From Kiritimatiellia bacterium (GTDB lineage Bacteria; Verrucomicrobiota; Kiritimatiellia; JAAZAB01), in contig JAXGPF010000007.1 in assembly GCA_040767085.1 (NCBI GenBank), positions 32,001 through 96,000 on the forward strand: a stretch of DNA of 64,000 nucleotides. Reading direction: 5' to 3'. Of this stretch, positions 21,317 to 33,989 are shown one piece after another. Below the pieces are notes generated by a model. That model had not been told where the DNA came from. It did not search any database and worked only from the letters and a program-made list of their open reading frames with translations. A program made the translations under genes and the position numbers. The stretch's first letter is position 1. The number at the start of each line of letters is the position of its first letter.

Positions 21317-22159
21317 ATGTGGGAATACACCGACAAGGTATTGGATCACTTCCGCAATCCCCGCAACGTGGGCGCCTTGGAAAATCCTGACGGCGTGGGC
21401 GAAGTCGGCTCCCTGGCTTGCGGCGACGCCTTGAAATTGACTTTCAAGCTGGACGCCCAGGGGCGCATTGCCGACGCCAAGTTCCAGACTTTCGGCTGCG
21501 CCAGCGCCATCGCCTCCTCTTCGGCCCTGACCGAAATGATCAAGGGGCTGACGCTGGAGGAAGCGGAAAAAATCAGCAACCAGGATATTGCGCGCTACCT
21601 GGGCGGGCTGCCGGAACAGAAGATGCACTGCTCCGTGATGGGCCGCGAAGCCCTGGCCCAGGCCATTGAAAACCATCGCACCGGCCGGCGGGAACGCAAG
21701 GAGTTGGGCGGGAAAGTGGTCTGCCACTGCTTCGGCGTGACCGAGGAAGAACTGGAGCGGGTCATCGCCGGCAACCATCTGACCACGGTGGAACAGGTCA
21801 CCAACTATTGCAAAGCCGGCGGCGCCTGCGGCAATTGCCGCGGCGATATCGCCGCCATCATCGCCCGGTTGACCAGCGGGGTCCCGGCCGACGGCGCGCC
21901 GCCGGAGCCGGAACGCAAGCTGACTATGATCCAGAAAATCAAGCTGATCGAAGAAGTCATGGAAAAGGAAATTCGCCCGATTCTGCGGAAGGACGGCGGC
22001 GACATCGAGTTGGTGGATGTGGTGGATAACCGCGTGCTGGTGGCCCTGCGCGGCATGTGCGCCAACTGCCAGGTGGCGCGCTTTACCCTGCAGGACGTGG
22101 TGGCGGCGAAGCTGCGCGAATTTGTCGCCGATAACCTGACGGTGGAGGAAGTCAAGTGA
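21317..22159 (+). CDS. nifU: Fe-S cluster scaffold NifU (IscU + BFD-like + NfuA domains)
   Basis: MWEYTDKVLDHF, ACGDAL, TFGCASA, KMHCS, CHCFGV...CGNC, DGGDIEL...CANC. Confidence 0.95.
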   Translation: MWEYTDKVLDHFRNPRNVGALENPDGVGEVGSLACGDALKLTFKLDAQGRIADAKFQTFGCASAIASSSALTEMIKGLTLEEAEKISNQDIARYLGGLPEQKMHCSVMGREALAQAIENHRTGRRERKELGGKVVCHCFGVTEEELERVIAGNHLTTVEQVTNYCKAGGACGNCRGDIAAIIARLTSGVPADGAPPEPERKLTMIQKIKLIEEVMEKEIRPILRKDGGDIELVDVVDNRVLVALRGMCANCQVARFTLQDVVAAKLREFVADNLTVEEVK

Positions 22160-23319
22160 GCAAACTGGTTTACCTTGACAACAACGCCACCACCCGCCCG
22201 GCGCCGGAAGTGCTCGCGGCCATGGCGCCGTTTTTCAGCAAATACTGGGGCAATCCTTCCAGCATGCACCGCTTCGGCGGCCAGGTGCAGCAATATATCC
22301 GCCGCGCCCGGGAGCAGGTGGCCTCGCTGCTGGGCGCCGATCCTTCGGAAATCATTTTCACCAGTTGCGGCACCGAAAGCAACAACACCGCCATTCGCGG
22401 CGTTGCGGAGGCCGCGCCGGAACGCACGGCGATCATCACCACGCGCGTAGAACACCCCGCCGTGCTCGAACCCTGCCGCCGCCTGAAGGAACAGGGCTGG
22501 CAATTGACGGAACTGGAGGTGGATGGACGGGGCCAACTCAACCTGGATGACCTGCAAGCCGCCCTGCGCGGCAGCCGGCCCATGGTGAGCATGATGTGGG
22601 CCAACAATGAAACCGGGGTTATTTTCCCCGTGCCGGCGGCGGCGGAAATGGTCAAATTGGCCGGGGGGATCATCCACACCGACGCCGTCCAGGCAGCCGG
22701 CAAGGTGCCGATTGACGTGCGGCGCGTGCCGGTGGACCTGCTGACGATTTCCGGGCATAAGCTGCACGCGCCCAAGGGCGTCGGCGCGCTGTACGTCCGG
22801 CGCGGCACGCGCCTGCGCCCGCTGCTGCTGGGCGGCCACCAGGAAAACGGCCGGCGCGGCGGTACGGAAAACGTCCCCTACATTATCGCCCTCGGCGAAG
22901 CTTGCGCGCTGGCGGAACGCCGCCTGGCGGAAGGCACGTCCCGCCTCGCGGCCATGCGCGACCGCCTGCAGGCCGGCATCCTGGCCAGCTGCCCCAATGC
23001 CCAGGTCAACGGCGATGGAACGCTCCGGCTGCCGAACACCCTGAATGTCAGTTTCCATTACGTCGAGGGGGAAGCCATCCTTTATCACTTGAGCGATTTG
23101 GGCGTCGCCGCCTCGTCCGGTTCGGCCTGCGCTTCCGGCTCGCTGGAGCCCTCGCACGTGATCCGCGCCATGGGCGTACCCTTTACGGCCGTCCACGGCA
23201 GCATCCGTTTCAGCCTGAGCCACGACAACACCGACGCTGACATTGATTACGTCCTGGAAAACCTGCCGGGCATCATCCGTAAACTGCGGGCGATTTCGCC
23301 GTTTGCCCGCCCAAACTGA
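22156..23319 (+). CDS. nifS: Cysteine desulfurase NifS
   Basis: YLDNNATT, GNPSS, SGHKLH PLP lysine, SSGSAC catalytic Cys. Confidence 0.95.
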   Translation: MSKLVYLDNNATTRPAPEVLAAMAPFFSKYWGNPSSMHRFGGQVQQYIRRAREQVASLLGADPSEIIFTSCGTESNNTAIRGVAEAAPERTAIITTRVEHPAVLEPCRRLKEQGWQLTELEVDGRGQLNLDDLQAALRGSRPMVSMMWANNETGVIFPVPAAAEMVKLAGGIIHTDAVQAAGKVPIDVRRVPVDLLTISGHKLHAPKGVGALYVRRGTRLRPLLLGGHQENGRRGGTENVPYIIALGEACALAERRLAEGTSRLAAMRDRLQAGILASCPNAQVNGDGTLRLPNTLNVSFHYVEGEAILYHLSDLGVAASSGSACASGSLEPSHVIRAMGVPFTAVHGSIRFSLSHDNTDADIDYVLENLPGIIRKLRAISPFARPN

Positions 23320-23332
23320 ACCGCCAAAACAG

Positions 23333-24064
23333 ATGAATGCAACCCTTGCCGGATTGTTTATGGTTAACCTGCCGCTGGCGGATGTGCTATCCGCGTTCCG
23401 CATTTCCAACTTCGCCGGCCAGGTGATTGTGTTGATTTTGTTTGTCGGTTCGATTTTTGCCTGGTCGGTCATGGCCACGAAATTCATGGAAATGCGCAGG
23501 CTGGCGCGCGGCGCCCGGCAATTCGCAGCGCTGTATCAAAAAAGCCGGCATCCGCTGGAACTGTTCATCCAGGAAACGGCGGTCGAGGCAAGTCCGTTAA
23601 GTGCGCTTTACGAAGCGGTCAGCCGCGACCTGGCGCACGCCATGCAGGCGCAAACCGCCGATGCTTTGATGCGGCCGGCTGCGCCCCTGCAGGAATACCA
23701 GGCCCGCGCCTTGCGCAATCTGGCCGAGCAAATCATGGCCGAACAGGCGCTGCTATTGGAGCGCAACATGATCTTTCTGGCCACCGCCGTCACCGCCGCG
23801 CCGTTCCTGGGATTGTTGGGCACGGTCTGGGGCATCATGGATGCCTTTGGCGGATTGGCGCTCTCTGGCATGGCGACCATGGCGTCCGTGGCGCCCGGGG
23901 TTTCCGGCGCGCTGCTGACCACGGTAGTCGGGCTGGTGGTAGCCCTGCCATCCGCCATCGGCTACAACATTCTGACCGGCAAAATCCGGCATTTAAACAT
24001 TCGCATGGAGCATTTCACCCAGGAATTTCTGGCGGACATTGAACAGCAATTCATGGCGCATTGA
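23333..24064 (+). CDS. MotA/TolQ/ExbB proton channel family protein
   Basis: APFLGLLGTVWGIM, VAPGVSGALLTT. Confidence 0.9.
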   Translation: MNATLAGLFMVNLPLADVLSAFRISNFAGQVIVLILFVGSIFAWSVMATKFMEMRRLARGARQFAALYQKSRHPLELFIQETAVEASPLSALYEAVSRDLAHAMQAQTADALMRPAAPLQEYQARALRNLAEQIMAEQALLLERNMIFLATAVTAAPFLGLLGTVWGIMDAFGGLALSGMATMASVAPGVSGALLTTVVGLVVALPSAIGYNILTGKIRHLNIRMEHFTQEFLADIEQQFMAH

Positions 24065-24109
24065 CGCCGGCCGCGCCGGCTCAAAAACGCAGAACGCAGG
24101 AAATTCTAA

Positions 24110-24517
24110 ATGATGCGGCGCAGAAACACGGCTTTTTCCGTCAAGGAACTCAGCGAAATCAGCAATACCCCGCTGATCGATATTTCCATGCTGCTGCTGG
24201 TCACCTTCCTGATCACTTATCCGCTGCTGGAAAACGGCATTAACGTCAACCTGCCCAAGGGCAAAGCGGACGAGTTGCAGCCGAAACAGTCCCGCAATAT
24301 CACGCTCAAGCTCAGCGGCGAGATTTTTCTGGATGGCCAGCCAGTCTCGTCCGCGGAGCTGCGGCAGGCAATGGAAGCCCTGCCCCGCGCCATGCCGGAC
24401 GCGGCCGTGCTGGTGCGCGCTGACAAGGATTTGAAATACGAGCGGGTGATGGAAATCATGCGCATTCTCCATGCCGCTAACGTAACCAAAATGGCGCTCG
24501 TCACCCAGGCGGAGTAA
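24110..24517 (+). CDS. ExbD/TolR family protein
   Basis: NTPLIDISMLLLVTFLIT, VNLP, VRADK. Confidence 0.9.
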   Translation: MMRRRNTAFSVKELSEISNTPLIDISMLLLVTFLITYPLLENGINVNLPKGKADELQPKQSRNITLKLSGEIFLDGQPVSSAELRQAMEALPRAMPDAAVLVRADKDLKYERVMEIMRILHAANVTKMALVTQAE

Positions 24518-24554
24518 TTCCGCCCCGGATGAACGCCAGGCTGGCGGAATTACC

Positions 24555-25286
24555 ATGCGCGAATTTCTGAAACACAACCTGTTCTGGCGGAACACCCTGC
24601 GCAGCGCCGCGGTGCATGGCGCCATTGTCCTGGCCCTGCTGATCTGGTCGGTGGCATCCTGCGTCAAGCGCCGTCAGCCACGTGAAATTACCACTTTCGT
24701 GGACCTGCAAGTGGAACCGGCGGCGGCTCTGCCGGCCCAACCCGAACCCGAATCAGAACCGGAACCCGAACCGGCGCCGGCGGCCATCCCCGAGCCGGAA
24801 CCGGTCAAACCCAAACCAGCACCCAAACCAGCACCCAAGCCGGAACCCAAGCCAAAACCTAAACCGGAATCGAAGGTGGCTGTGAGCCGCAAACTGGTCC
24901 GGCGCGACCCGGCCGCGCGGCAGGCGCCCAAGCTGACGCCGGAGCAAATCCGCAATCTGCTCGCGGCTGGCGTCAAGCCTGCCGCGGCCGCCAGCGGCGA
25001 TCCGGGATTCGGGTGGTACCTGGCGCTGGTACGGAATGCGATGTACGATGCATGGAACCAGCCCAGCACGCTGGCCGGACGCCGGGGTTTGACCACCCAG
25101 ATTACGCTCAGGGTCCAGCGCAGCGGGATTATTTCCGAGCGGCAACTTACCCGCCCGTCCGGCAACGCCCTGATGGACCAATCCGCGATGCAAGCGGCGG
25201 AATCCGTAATCCGGCTGCCGGAACTGCCCCCGGGATTCGGCGGGGACTACAAGGACATCACGGTGGATTTCGAATTGACCGAATAA
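24555..25286 (+). CDS. TolA/TonB family energy transducer
   Basis: N-terminal S..VH TM helix, EP/KP-rich linker, C-terminal SGN..MDQSA domain. Confidence 0.85.
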   Translation: MREFLKHNLFWRNTLRSAAVHGAIVLALLIWSVASCVKRRQPREITTFVDLQVEPAAALPAQPEPESEPEPEPAPAAIPEPEPVKPKPAPKPAPKPEPKPKPKPESKVAVSRKLVRRDPAARQAPKLTPEQIRNLLAAGVKPAAAASGDPGFGWYLALVRNAMYDAWNQPSTLAGRRGLTTQITLRVQRSGIISERQLTRPSGNALMDQSAMQAAESVIRLPELPPGFGGDYKDITVDFELTE

Positions 25287-25302
25287 AGCCGCCGCCCGGT
25301 AT

Positions 25303-26277
25303 TTAACCGGCTGGCGCCGGCCAGAGGAATTCCCCGCGGTCCAGCCACGCCAGGACCTGCTGTACGCTCTGTTCGGACTTGCGGACCACCGCCTCGGCGG
25401 TATTGAAAGCGTTGTGCGGCGTCAGGATGACATTGTCCATGCCTGCCAGGCGCAGCACGGCCCGCGCGTCCGGGTCGTCCGCCGGCCGGCCGGCGCGCAG
25501 GGCGTCCGCCAAGGCGCTTTCGCCCTGGTAAACGTCCAGGCCGACGCCTCCCAGGCGGCCTTGCTCCAGCAATTCCAGCAGACCGGCGGGCGGCGATAAT
25601 TCGCCGCGCGAGACATTGATGAAAATCGCCCCCGGCCTGGCGGCGCGCAGACGCGGTACATCAAAGTAACCGCGATTCCGTTCCGTCAGGTTCATGGCGC
25701 AGACGATGACATCGGCTCCGCCGATCAGTTCATCCACCGCGCCGTATTGGACGTCGTTATGTTTCCGCACAAGATCCACCCCGGCGGTCCGCATGCCCAA
25801 CCCGCATCCGATTTTTACCGTTTCGTAACCGATATTGCCCACGCCGACCACCAGCAGCGTGCGCCCCTGCAGTTCGCCGCCGGTCAACCCGTCGCGCTGG
25901 AACGACCGGAACTGGCGCATTTGAACCGGCAACTTGCGCAATAAGGCCAGCCACATCAGAAGCGCCTGCTCGGCCACGGCGCGATGGCAATACAGCGGCA
26001 GATAACCGCAGGGCAGGTTTCGGCCGACCAGCCGCCGGTAAGCGTTCAAGTGATCGTAACCCGTGCTGCGCGACAGGACCGCCTGGAGGCGGCCAGCCCA
26101 TGCCGGCGGCAGCGCCGACTGGGTGCGGATGCTGATCAGCGCGGCGCCGGGCGCGTCCTGACCGTATTCCTGGATGGTCTGCCGCGTGAACCCGGTGCGC
26201 ACGCGTGCAGGCAGGCAGGCGCGCAGCGCCTGTTCCTCCTCGGCAAACGCCTCGTAAAAAAATACATCCAGCGCCAT
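25303..26277 (-). CDS. D-isomer-specific 2-hydroxyacid dehydrogenase (D-lactate dehydrogenase-like)
   Basis: RSTGYDH, GVGNIG, INVSRG, GLDVY, TPHNAF. Confidence 0.9.
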   Translation of the reverse strand: MALDVFFYEAFAEEEQALRACLPARVRTGFTRQTIQEYGQDAPGAALISIRTQSALPPAWAGRLQAVLSRSTGYDHLNAYRRLVGRNLPCGYLPLYCHRAVAEQALLMWLALLRKLPVQMRQFRSFQRDGLTGGELQGRTLLVVGVGNIGYETVKIGCGLGMRTAGVDLVRKHNDVQYGAVDELIGGADVIVCAMNLTERNRGYFDVPRLRAARPGAIFINVSRGELSPPAGLLELLEQGRLGGVGLDVYQGESALADALRAGRPADDPDARAVLRLAGMDNVILTPHNAFNTAEAVVRKSEQSVQQVLAWLDRGEFLWPAPAG

Positions 26278-26280
26278 GGC

Positions 26281-27471
26281 TCAGGATGCCAGCAAACGCG
26301 CCGTCTCCCGGACGATCATCAATTCTTCGTTGGTGGGCACCACCAGCACCGCGGGCGATGCGCCATCCCTGGAAATCAGCAGTTCGCCGGCCTTGTTGCG
26401 GGCGGCATCCACCTGGATGCCCAGGAAGCCCAGTTTTTCGCAGACCAGCGCGCGCACACGCGGCACGTTCTCGCCGATGCCGGCGGTGAAGATCAGCGCA
26501 TCGAAACCGTTCAACACCGCCGCGTAAGCGCCGACGTATTTCACCAGGCGGTGGACAAACACTTCCAAAGCCAGCCGCGCGCCGGCATGACCGCCGTCAA
26601 TCGCTTTCATGATATCGCGCATGTCGTTGCTGCCGATGCCGGCGATGCCCAGCAGGCCGCTTTCCTTGTTGAGCATCTTGTCGACATCGTCCAAACCGTA
26701 ACCGGTGCGGCGCAGCACCAGCACCACGGCGGGATCGATGTCGCCGCAGCGCGTGCCCATCACCAGCCCCTCCAGCGGCGTCATGCCCATGCTGGTATCC
26801 GCGACTTTGCCGCGGTTGACGGCGGCGATGCTGCAGCCGTTGCCGAGGTGCGCCGTGATCAGTTTCAGTTCCGCCAGGGGCCGGCCCAGCGCTTCCGCCG
26901 CGCGCCCCGCCACGTATTGATGGGAGGTGCCATGGAACCCGTAACGCCGGATCTTGTTTTTCGCGGCGATCTCCGCGGGGATGGCGTAGGTATAAGCGGC
27001 GGCCGGCATGGTCTGATGGAAAGCCGTGTCGAAAACCGCCACCATGGGCACGTTGGGAAACAGATTTTCGCAGGCTTCGATGCCCTCGTAATTCGGGGGA
27101 TTATGCAGGGGCGCCAGGGCGAAGCAATCCATGATGATCTGCTTGATGTTGGGGGTAATGCGGGCGGACGCGGTAATGTCGGCGCCGCCATGCACCACGC
27201 GATGGCCGATGCCTTCGATTTCGCAAAGATTGGCGATCACGCCGTAGGTCTTTTCCACCAGCGCCAGGCAGGCTTCCGAGATGGCGGCCTCGTAGGAATT
27301 GGCGGTGATGTCTTTTTCGATTTTCTGACCCCGGTAATTACAGTAGCGCATGTTGGTGTTCGGAGCATTAATGCGCTCGATCAAGCCTTTCGCCAGCATT
27401 TTTTCGCCGTCGGATTCATACAGCGTAAATTTTATCGAAGAACTTCCCGCGTTAAGCACCAAGATTTTCAT
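26281..27471 (-). CDS. ackA: Acetate kinase
   Basis: ILVLNAGSSSIK, GHRVVHGG, FDTAFH, YGFHGTSH, TAGIGEN, TNEE. Confidence 0.97.
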   Translation of the reverse strand: MKILVLNAGSSSIKFTLYESDGEKMLAKGLIERINAPNTNMRYCNYRGQKIEKDITANSYEAAISEACLALVEKTYGVIANLCEIEGIGHRVVHGGADITASARITPNIKQIIMDCFALAPLHNPPNYEGIEACENLFPNVPMVAVFDTAFHQTMPAAAYTYAIPAEIAAKNKIRRYGFHGTSHQYVAGRAAEALGRPLAELKLITAHLGNGCSIAAVNRGKVADTSMGMTPLEGLVMGTRCGDIDPAVVLVLRRTGYGLDDVDKMLNKESGLLGIAGIGSNDMRDIMKAIDGGHAGARLALEVFVHRLVKYVGAYAAVLNGFDALIFTAGIGENVPRVRALVCEKLGFLGIQVDAARNKAGELLISRDGASPAVLVVPTNEELMIVRETARLLAS

Positions 27472-27575
27472 AAGCCTTTCCGTTCCGGTTGGAATGCAAA
27501 CAAACGTGTTTGCAACTTATATCATGCGGCCCGCGGCCAGACAACGAAAAACGGCGCCGCCGCACAACCTGAAAA

Positions 27576-27660
27576 TGGTGGGCGAGGCGGGACTTGAACC
27601 CGCAAGCCTTGCGGCACAAGATCCTAAGTCTTGCGTGTATGCCAATTTCACCACTCGCCC
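27576..27660 (-). tRNA. tRNA-Leu (anticodon TAG)
   Basis: GGGCGAG acceptor, D loop TGG, CAAGA-CT-TAG-GA-TCTTG anticodon arm, long variable arm, GTTCAAGTC T loop, encoded CCA. Confidence 0.96.
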
Positions 27661-27761
27661 GATTGCCGGCTACTCTAGCGGCTGACGCCCCGGCGGGCAA
27701 GCGTTTTAGCCTTTTCCGGCAAAATCTAAACCAAGCAATTGTTTGGGCGAAAATGAGACTG

Positions 27762-27919
27762 GGTGGGGCGAGCTCTCCGAGCGAGCCGCTCCGGACGTCT
27801 CCGCCGGATCATGCCATGGGCATGACAAGGGCGTTTATCCCGCTCCTGGCGGGATCGCCCTACCCGCTGCGCCGAAATCGGACGGCTCCGCCGGAGGCGT
27901 CGCCCTACCCGCTGCGCCG
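27762..27919. repeat. Second cluster of the same REP-like family
   Basis: GGTGGGGCGAGCTCTCCGAGCGAGCCG (27762-27788) and GACGGCTCCGCCGGAGGCGTCGCCCTACC (27881-27909) match the 21.0 kb units; TCGCCCTACCCGCTGCGCCG occurs twice. Confidence 0.65.
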
Positions 27920-28064
27920 CGCGGCGCTACTTTTTGCTTGTATTTCCGCCCGCCATTGGTACATTGGATGAGCGTGTCACGTTGACGCTTGCCGCTGTCG
28001 CCAGCGTCCGTAACAAGCCTTGCACATGCCTTTAACATAAATCAACCAGGGAGATATTCCAGCC

Positions 28065-31667
<3,603 letters not shown>

Positions 31668-31689
31668 CCACGGCATCAACATAAAAATC

Positions 31690-31725
31690 AAAAAACCGGC
31701 GCGGTATCTCCGCGCCGGTTTTTTT
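31690..31725. terminator. Intrinsic (bidirectional-looking) terminator after PFOR
   Basis: AAAAAACCGGCGCGG-TATCT-CCGCGCCGGTTTTTTT. Confidence 0.9.
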
Positions 31726-31733
31726 ATGCAACC

Positions 31734-32552
31734 ATGCGCGCCCCGATCATGCGCCTGAAGCCGGAAGATGCGCGCCCGGTGGTGCGCTACGCCAACTACC
31801 ATCACGTCGCGCCCGCGGCCGTCTGGGGCCCGCGCCGGATTGCCGATCTCGAATTGATCCTCGTGGTGGAGGGCCGGTTCGACTACCGGGAGGATGGTCC
31901 GGCCCGGCATTTGGCGCGGATGGGAGAAATCATCGCCATCCCGCCCGGGATAACCCACACGCTCAAGGTGGCAGAAGGCGTCCGCGCGGCGCGGTTCAGT
32001 TGCATCCATGGAGAACTGCTGGCGGGCCGCGCCTGGGGCGCGGGCGATTACCAGCCCGATCCCCTGCCGCCGCGCATCACCGACACGCGCATGGACCCGG
32101 TGATCCACGATCTGTTCCAGCGGTGCGCCGTGGAATACGAGCGGTTTCACCCCTACCGCGAGCAGTTGTTGGGCGCGGTTTTCAAGGAAATCTGGCTGCG
32201 CCTGGCCGGTTACTGGCAGCGGCCGCAAGGCCGGCGGCCAACGCTCCGCACGGCCGGGATGGCCGCCTATGTGCGCGCCAACCTTCACCGCCCGCTTTCA
32301 CGCCGGGACCTGGCCGGGCAATTCCACCTCACCCCCGAACACGTCAACGCGCTCTTCCGCCGCGAGCTGGGCACCACGCCCGGGGCCTTCATCCAGTGGG
32401 AACGCATCCGCCTGGCCTATCGCCTGCTGAGCGATGACGGCTTAAGCGTCAAGGAGGCGGCCGGGCGCACCGGCTTCAACGACCAGTTCCATTTTTCGCG
32501 GGTATTCAAGCGGTTCACCGGCCACCCGCCCAGCCAAATCCGCAGCCGCTGA
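31734..32552 (+). CDS. AraC-family transcriptional regulator
   Basis: Cupin N terminus; LSVKEAA...GFNDQFHFSRVFKRFTG. Confidence 0.92.
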   Translation: MRAPIMRLKPEDARPVVRYANYHHVAPAAVWGPRRIADLELILVVEGRFDYREDGPARHLARMGEIIAIPPGITHTLKVAEGVRAARFSCIHGELLAGRAWGAGDYQPDPLPPRITDTRMDPVIHDLFQRCAVEYERFHPYREQLLGAVFKEIWLRLAGYWQRPQGRRPTLRTAGMAAYVRANLHRPLSRRDLAGQFHLTPEHVNALFRRELGTTPGAFIQWERIRLAYRLLSDDGLSVKEAAGRTGFNDQFHFSRVFKRFTGHPPSQIRSR

Positions 32553-32555
32553 AAC

Positions 32556-33677
32556 TTACGCCAGGCCGAACATCTTTTCCTTCAGGTCCAGGTAGTAAAG
32601 GTAATCCTCCGGCTTGACATCCGGCGGGCAGCGGTGGTCGCAGAAAGGAATGTAGCCGCCGCGTTCCACCAGCGGGGCTACGCTTTCCAGGTAGGTCTTG
32701 ATCGCCCTGGGCCCCTTGCGCAGTTCCAGCTTGTCCACCCCGCCCATGATGCGCAGATCCCTGCCGTATTCCCGCAAAAGTGCGGCCGGATGCACGCAAC
32801 TGTTGACTTCATACGGGAACAGGCAATTGATGCCCGCCTTGAGAAAGCCCGGCAGCAACGGCCGCACATCGCCGTCGCAATCCGTGTACCAGAGGTCAAT
32901 GCCCGCCGCATGCAGCTTGCGGCCGATGCGTTCGTAGCGCGGCACAACCACCTTTTGGAAAAAATCCAGGGAGATGATGGGTCCGTTCTTAAAACAAATA
33001 TCCTCCCAGCCGGAGGCGTAATCAAATTTGAAATGCGGCAGCAGCCAATCCAGCGACTGCTCCACCAGTTCGCAGCAGCGCTCGACCATGTCCTCCACCA
33101 TGTCGGGATAATCGTAACAGGCGTAAGCCAATCCCTCGAACGTCAGCATGCAGCGGATGCGCCCGATCATGGACCCGCAATGGATCCCCAGGGGATAATC
33201 TCGGGTCGGGGGATGCCGGCGCTGCAAATCCGCGATATCCGGCCGGCGTTGCGGCGAATCCAGGCGCATGCGCTCTTCCTTCACCCGCCGCCAGTCGTCC
33301 GGCGTCACTACGGAGGATTTCAAGTAATGCGGGATGGTGTCATGGCCGTCCTTCGGCACTTCCGCCAGCAAGCCATCGCCATTCATCATGATCTTCACAT
33401 CGTCATGCTCTTCGACCACGCGCGACTCAAATGCCGGCAACAACCAAAGCGGAGGCGCAATGACGGTAATCCGGTCAAAACTGAAGAAGCGATCGGCCTC
33501 CGTGTTGTTCTTGATGCCGTTTTTGACAAACAGCGGCCATTCCTGGAAATTTTCCTGCCAATAGCCGAATTCCATGTTAAAACAGCGGTCCACCGGTTGA
33601 TAGTGCATCTGTCGGTTAAACCGCTCGCGATCGGTCATGGCGCCTTTCCACTTTTGCCGGCATGGTACAATAGCCAT
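32556..33677 (-). CDS. Uroporphyrinogen decarboxylase/MtaA-like family protein
   Basis: MTDRERF, WEDICFKNGP, TDCDGD, GGVDK, GGYIPFCDH. Confidence 0.8.
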   Translation of the reverse strand: MAIVPCRQKWKGAMTDRERFNRQMHYQPVDRCFNMEFGYWQENFQEWPLFVKNGIKNNTEADRFFSFDRITVIAPPLWLLPAFESRVVEEHDDVKIMMNGDGLLAEVPKDGHDTIPHYLKSSVVTPDDWRRVKEERMRLDSPQRRPDIADLQRRHPPTRDYPLGIHCGSMIGRIRCMLTFEGLAYACYDYPDMVEDMVERCCELVEQSLDWLLPHFKFDYASGWEDICFKNGPIISLDFFQKVVVPRYERIGRKLHAAGIDLWYTDCDGDVRPLLPGFLKAGINCLFPYEVNSCVHPAALLREYGRDLRIMGGVDKLELRKGPRAIKTYLESVAPLVERGGYIPFCDHRCPPDVKPEDYLYYLDLKEKMFGLA

Positions 33678-33827
33678 AACTACGCCTTTCGATATGCACG
33701 ATTGTGAAACAGACATCGGCGCGCCAGCACTGGCGCACTATGGAAAACGCTATACTCTTGCAGATTTTTCAGCAATCCGCCATGGACGGGCAGCGGAATT
33801 ACATGCACAGGAATAAGATTGCCATTA

Positions 33828-33883
33828 GATTCAATTTCAAAAGTCGTCCCCTGCCGCTTTGCGTGGCAGGATCGGAAGGTTAA
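33828..33883. repeat. Partial second copy of the 961-1016 element end
   Basis: GATTCAATTTCAAAAGTCGTCCCCTGCCGCTTTGCGTGGCAGGATCGGAAGGTTAA versus GATTCAATTTCAAAAGTCGCCCCCTGGCACCTTGCGTGGCAGGAACGAAAGGTTAA. Confidence 0.8.
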
Positions 33884-33989
33884 TCCTTTTATAACAACGC
33901 TGCATTATGACAGAAAATCACGCCGGACGCAATCGCACACACGCCGAATTTTGCTTTCAATCAGCTTTGAATCGACTATATTGCATGGC

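Noticed and set aside
21317-23319. Nitrogen fixation cluster
   Set aside because: Only nifU/nifS and PFOR are present; no nitrogenase structural genes in the window
24730-24870. DNA repeats in the tolA/tonB-like gene
   Set aside because: Ordinary Pro-Glu/Pro-Lys linker coding
27576-27660. tRNA-Leu as an island integration site
   Set aside because: I saw no duplicated tRNA 3' end and no integrase; flanks are housekeeping genes
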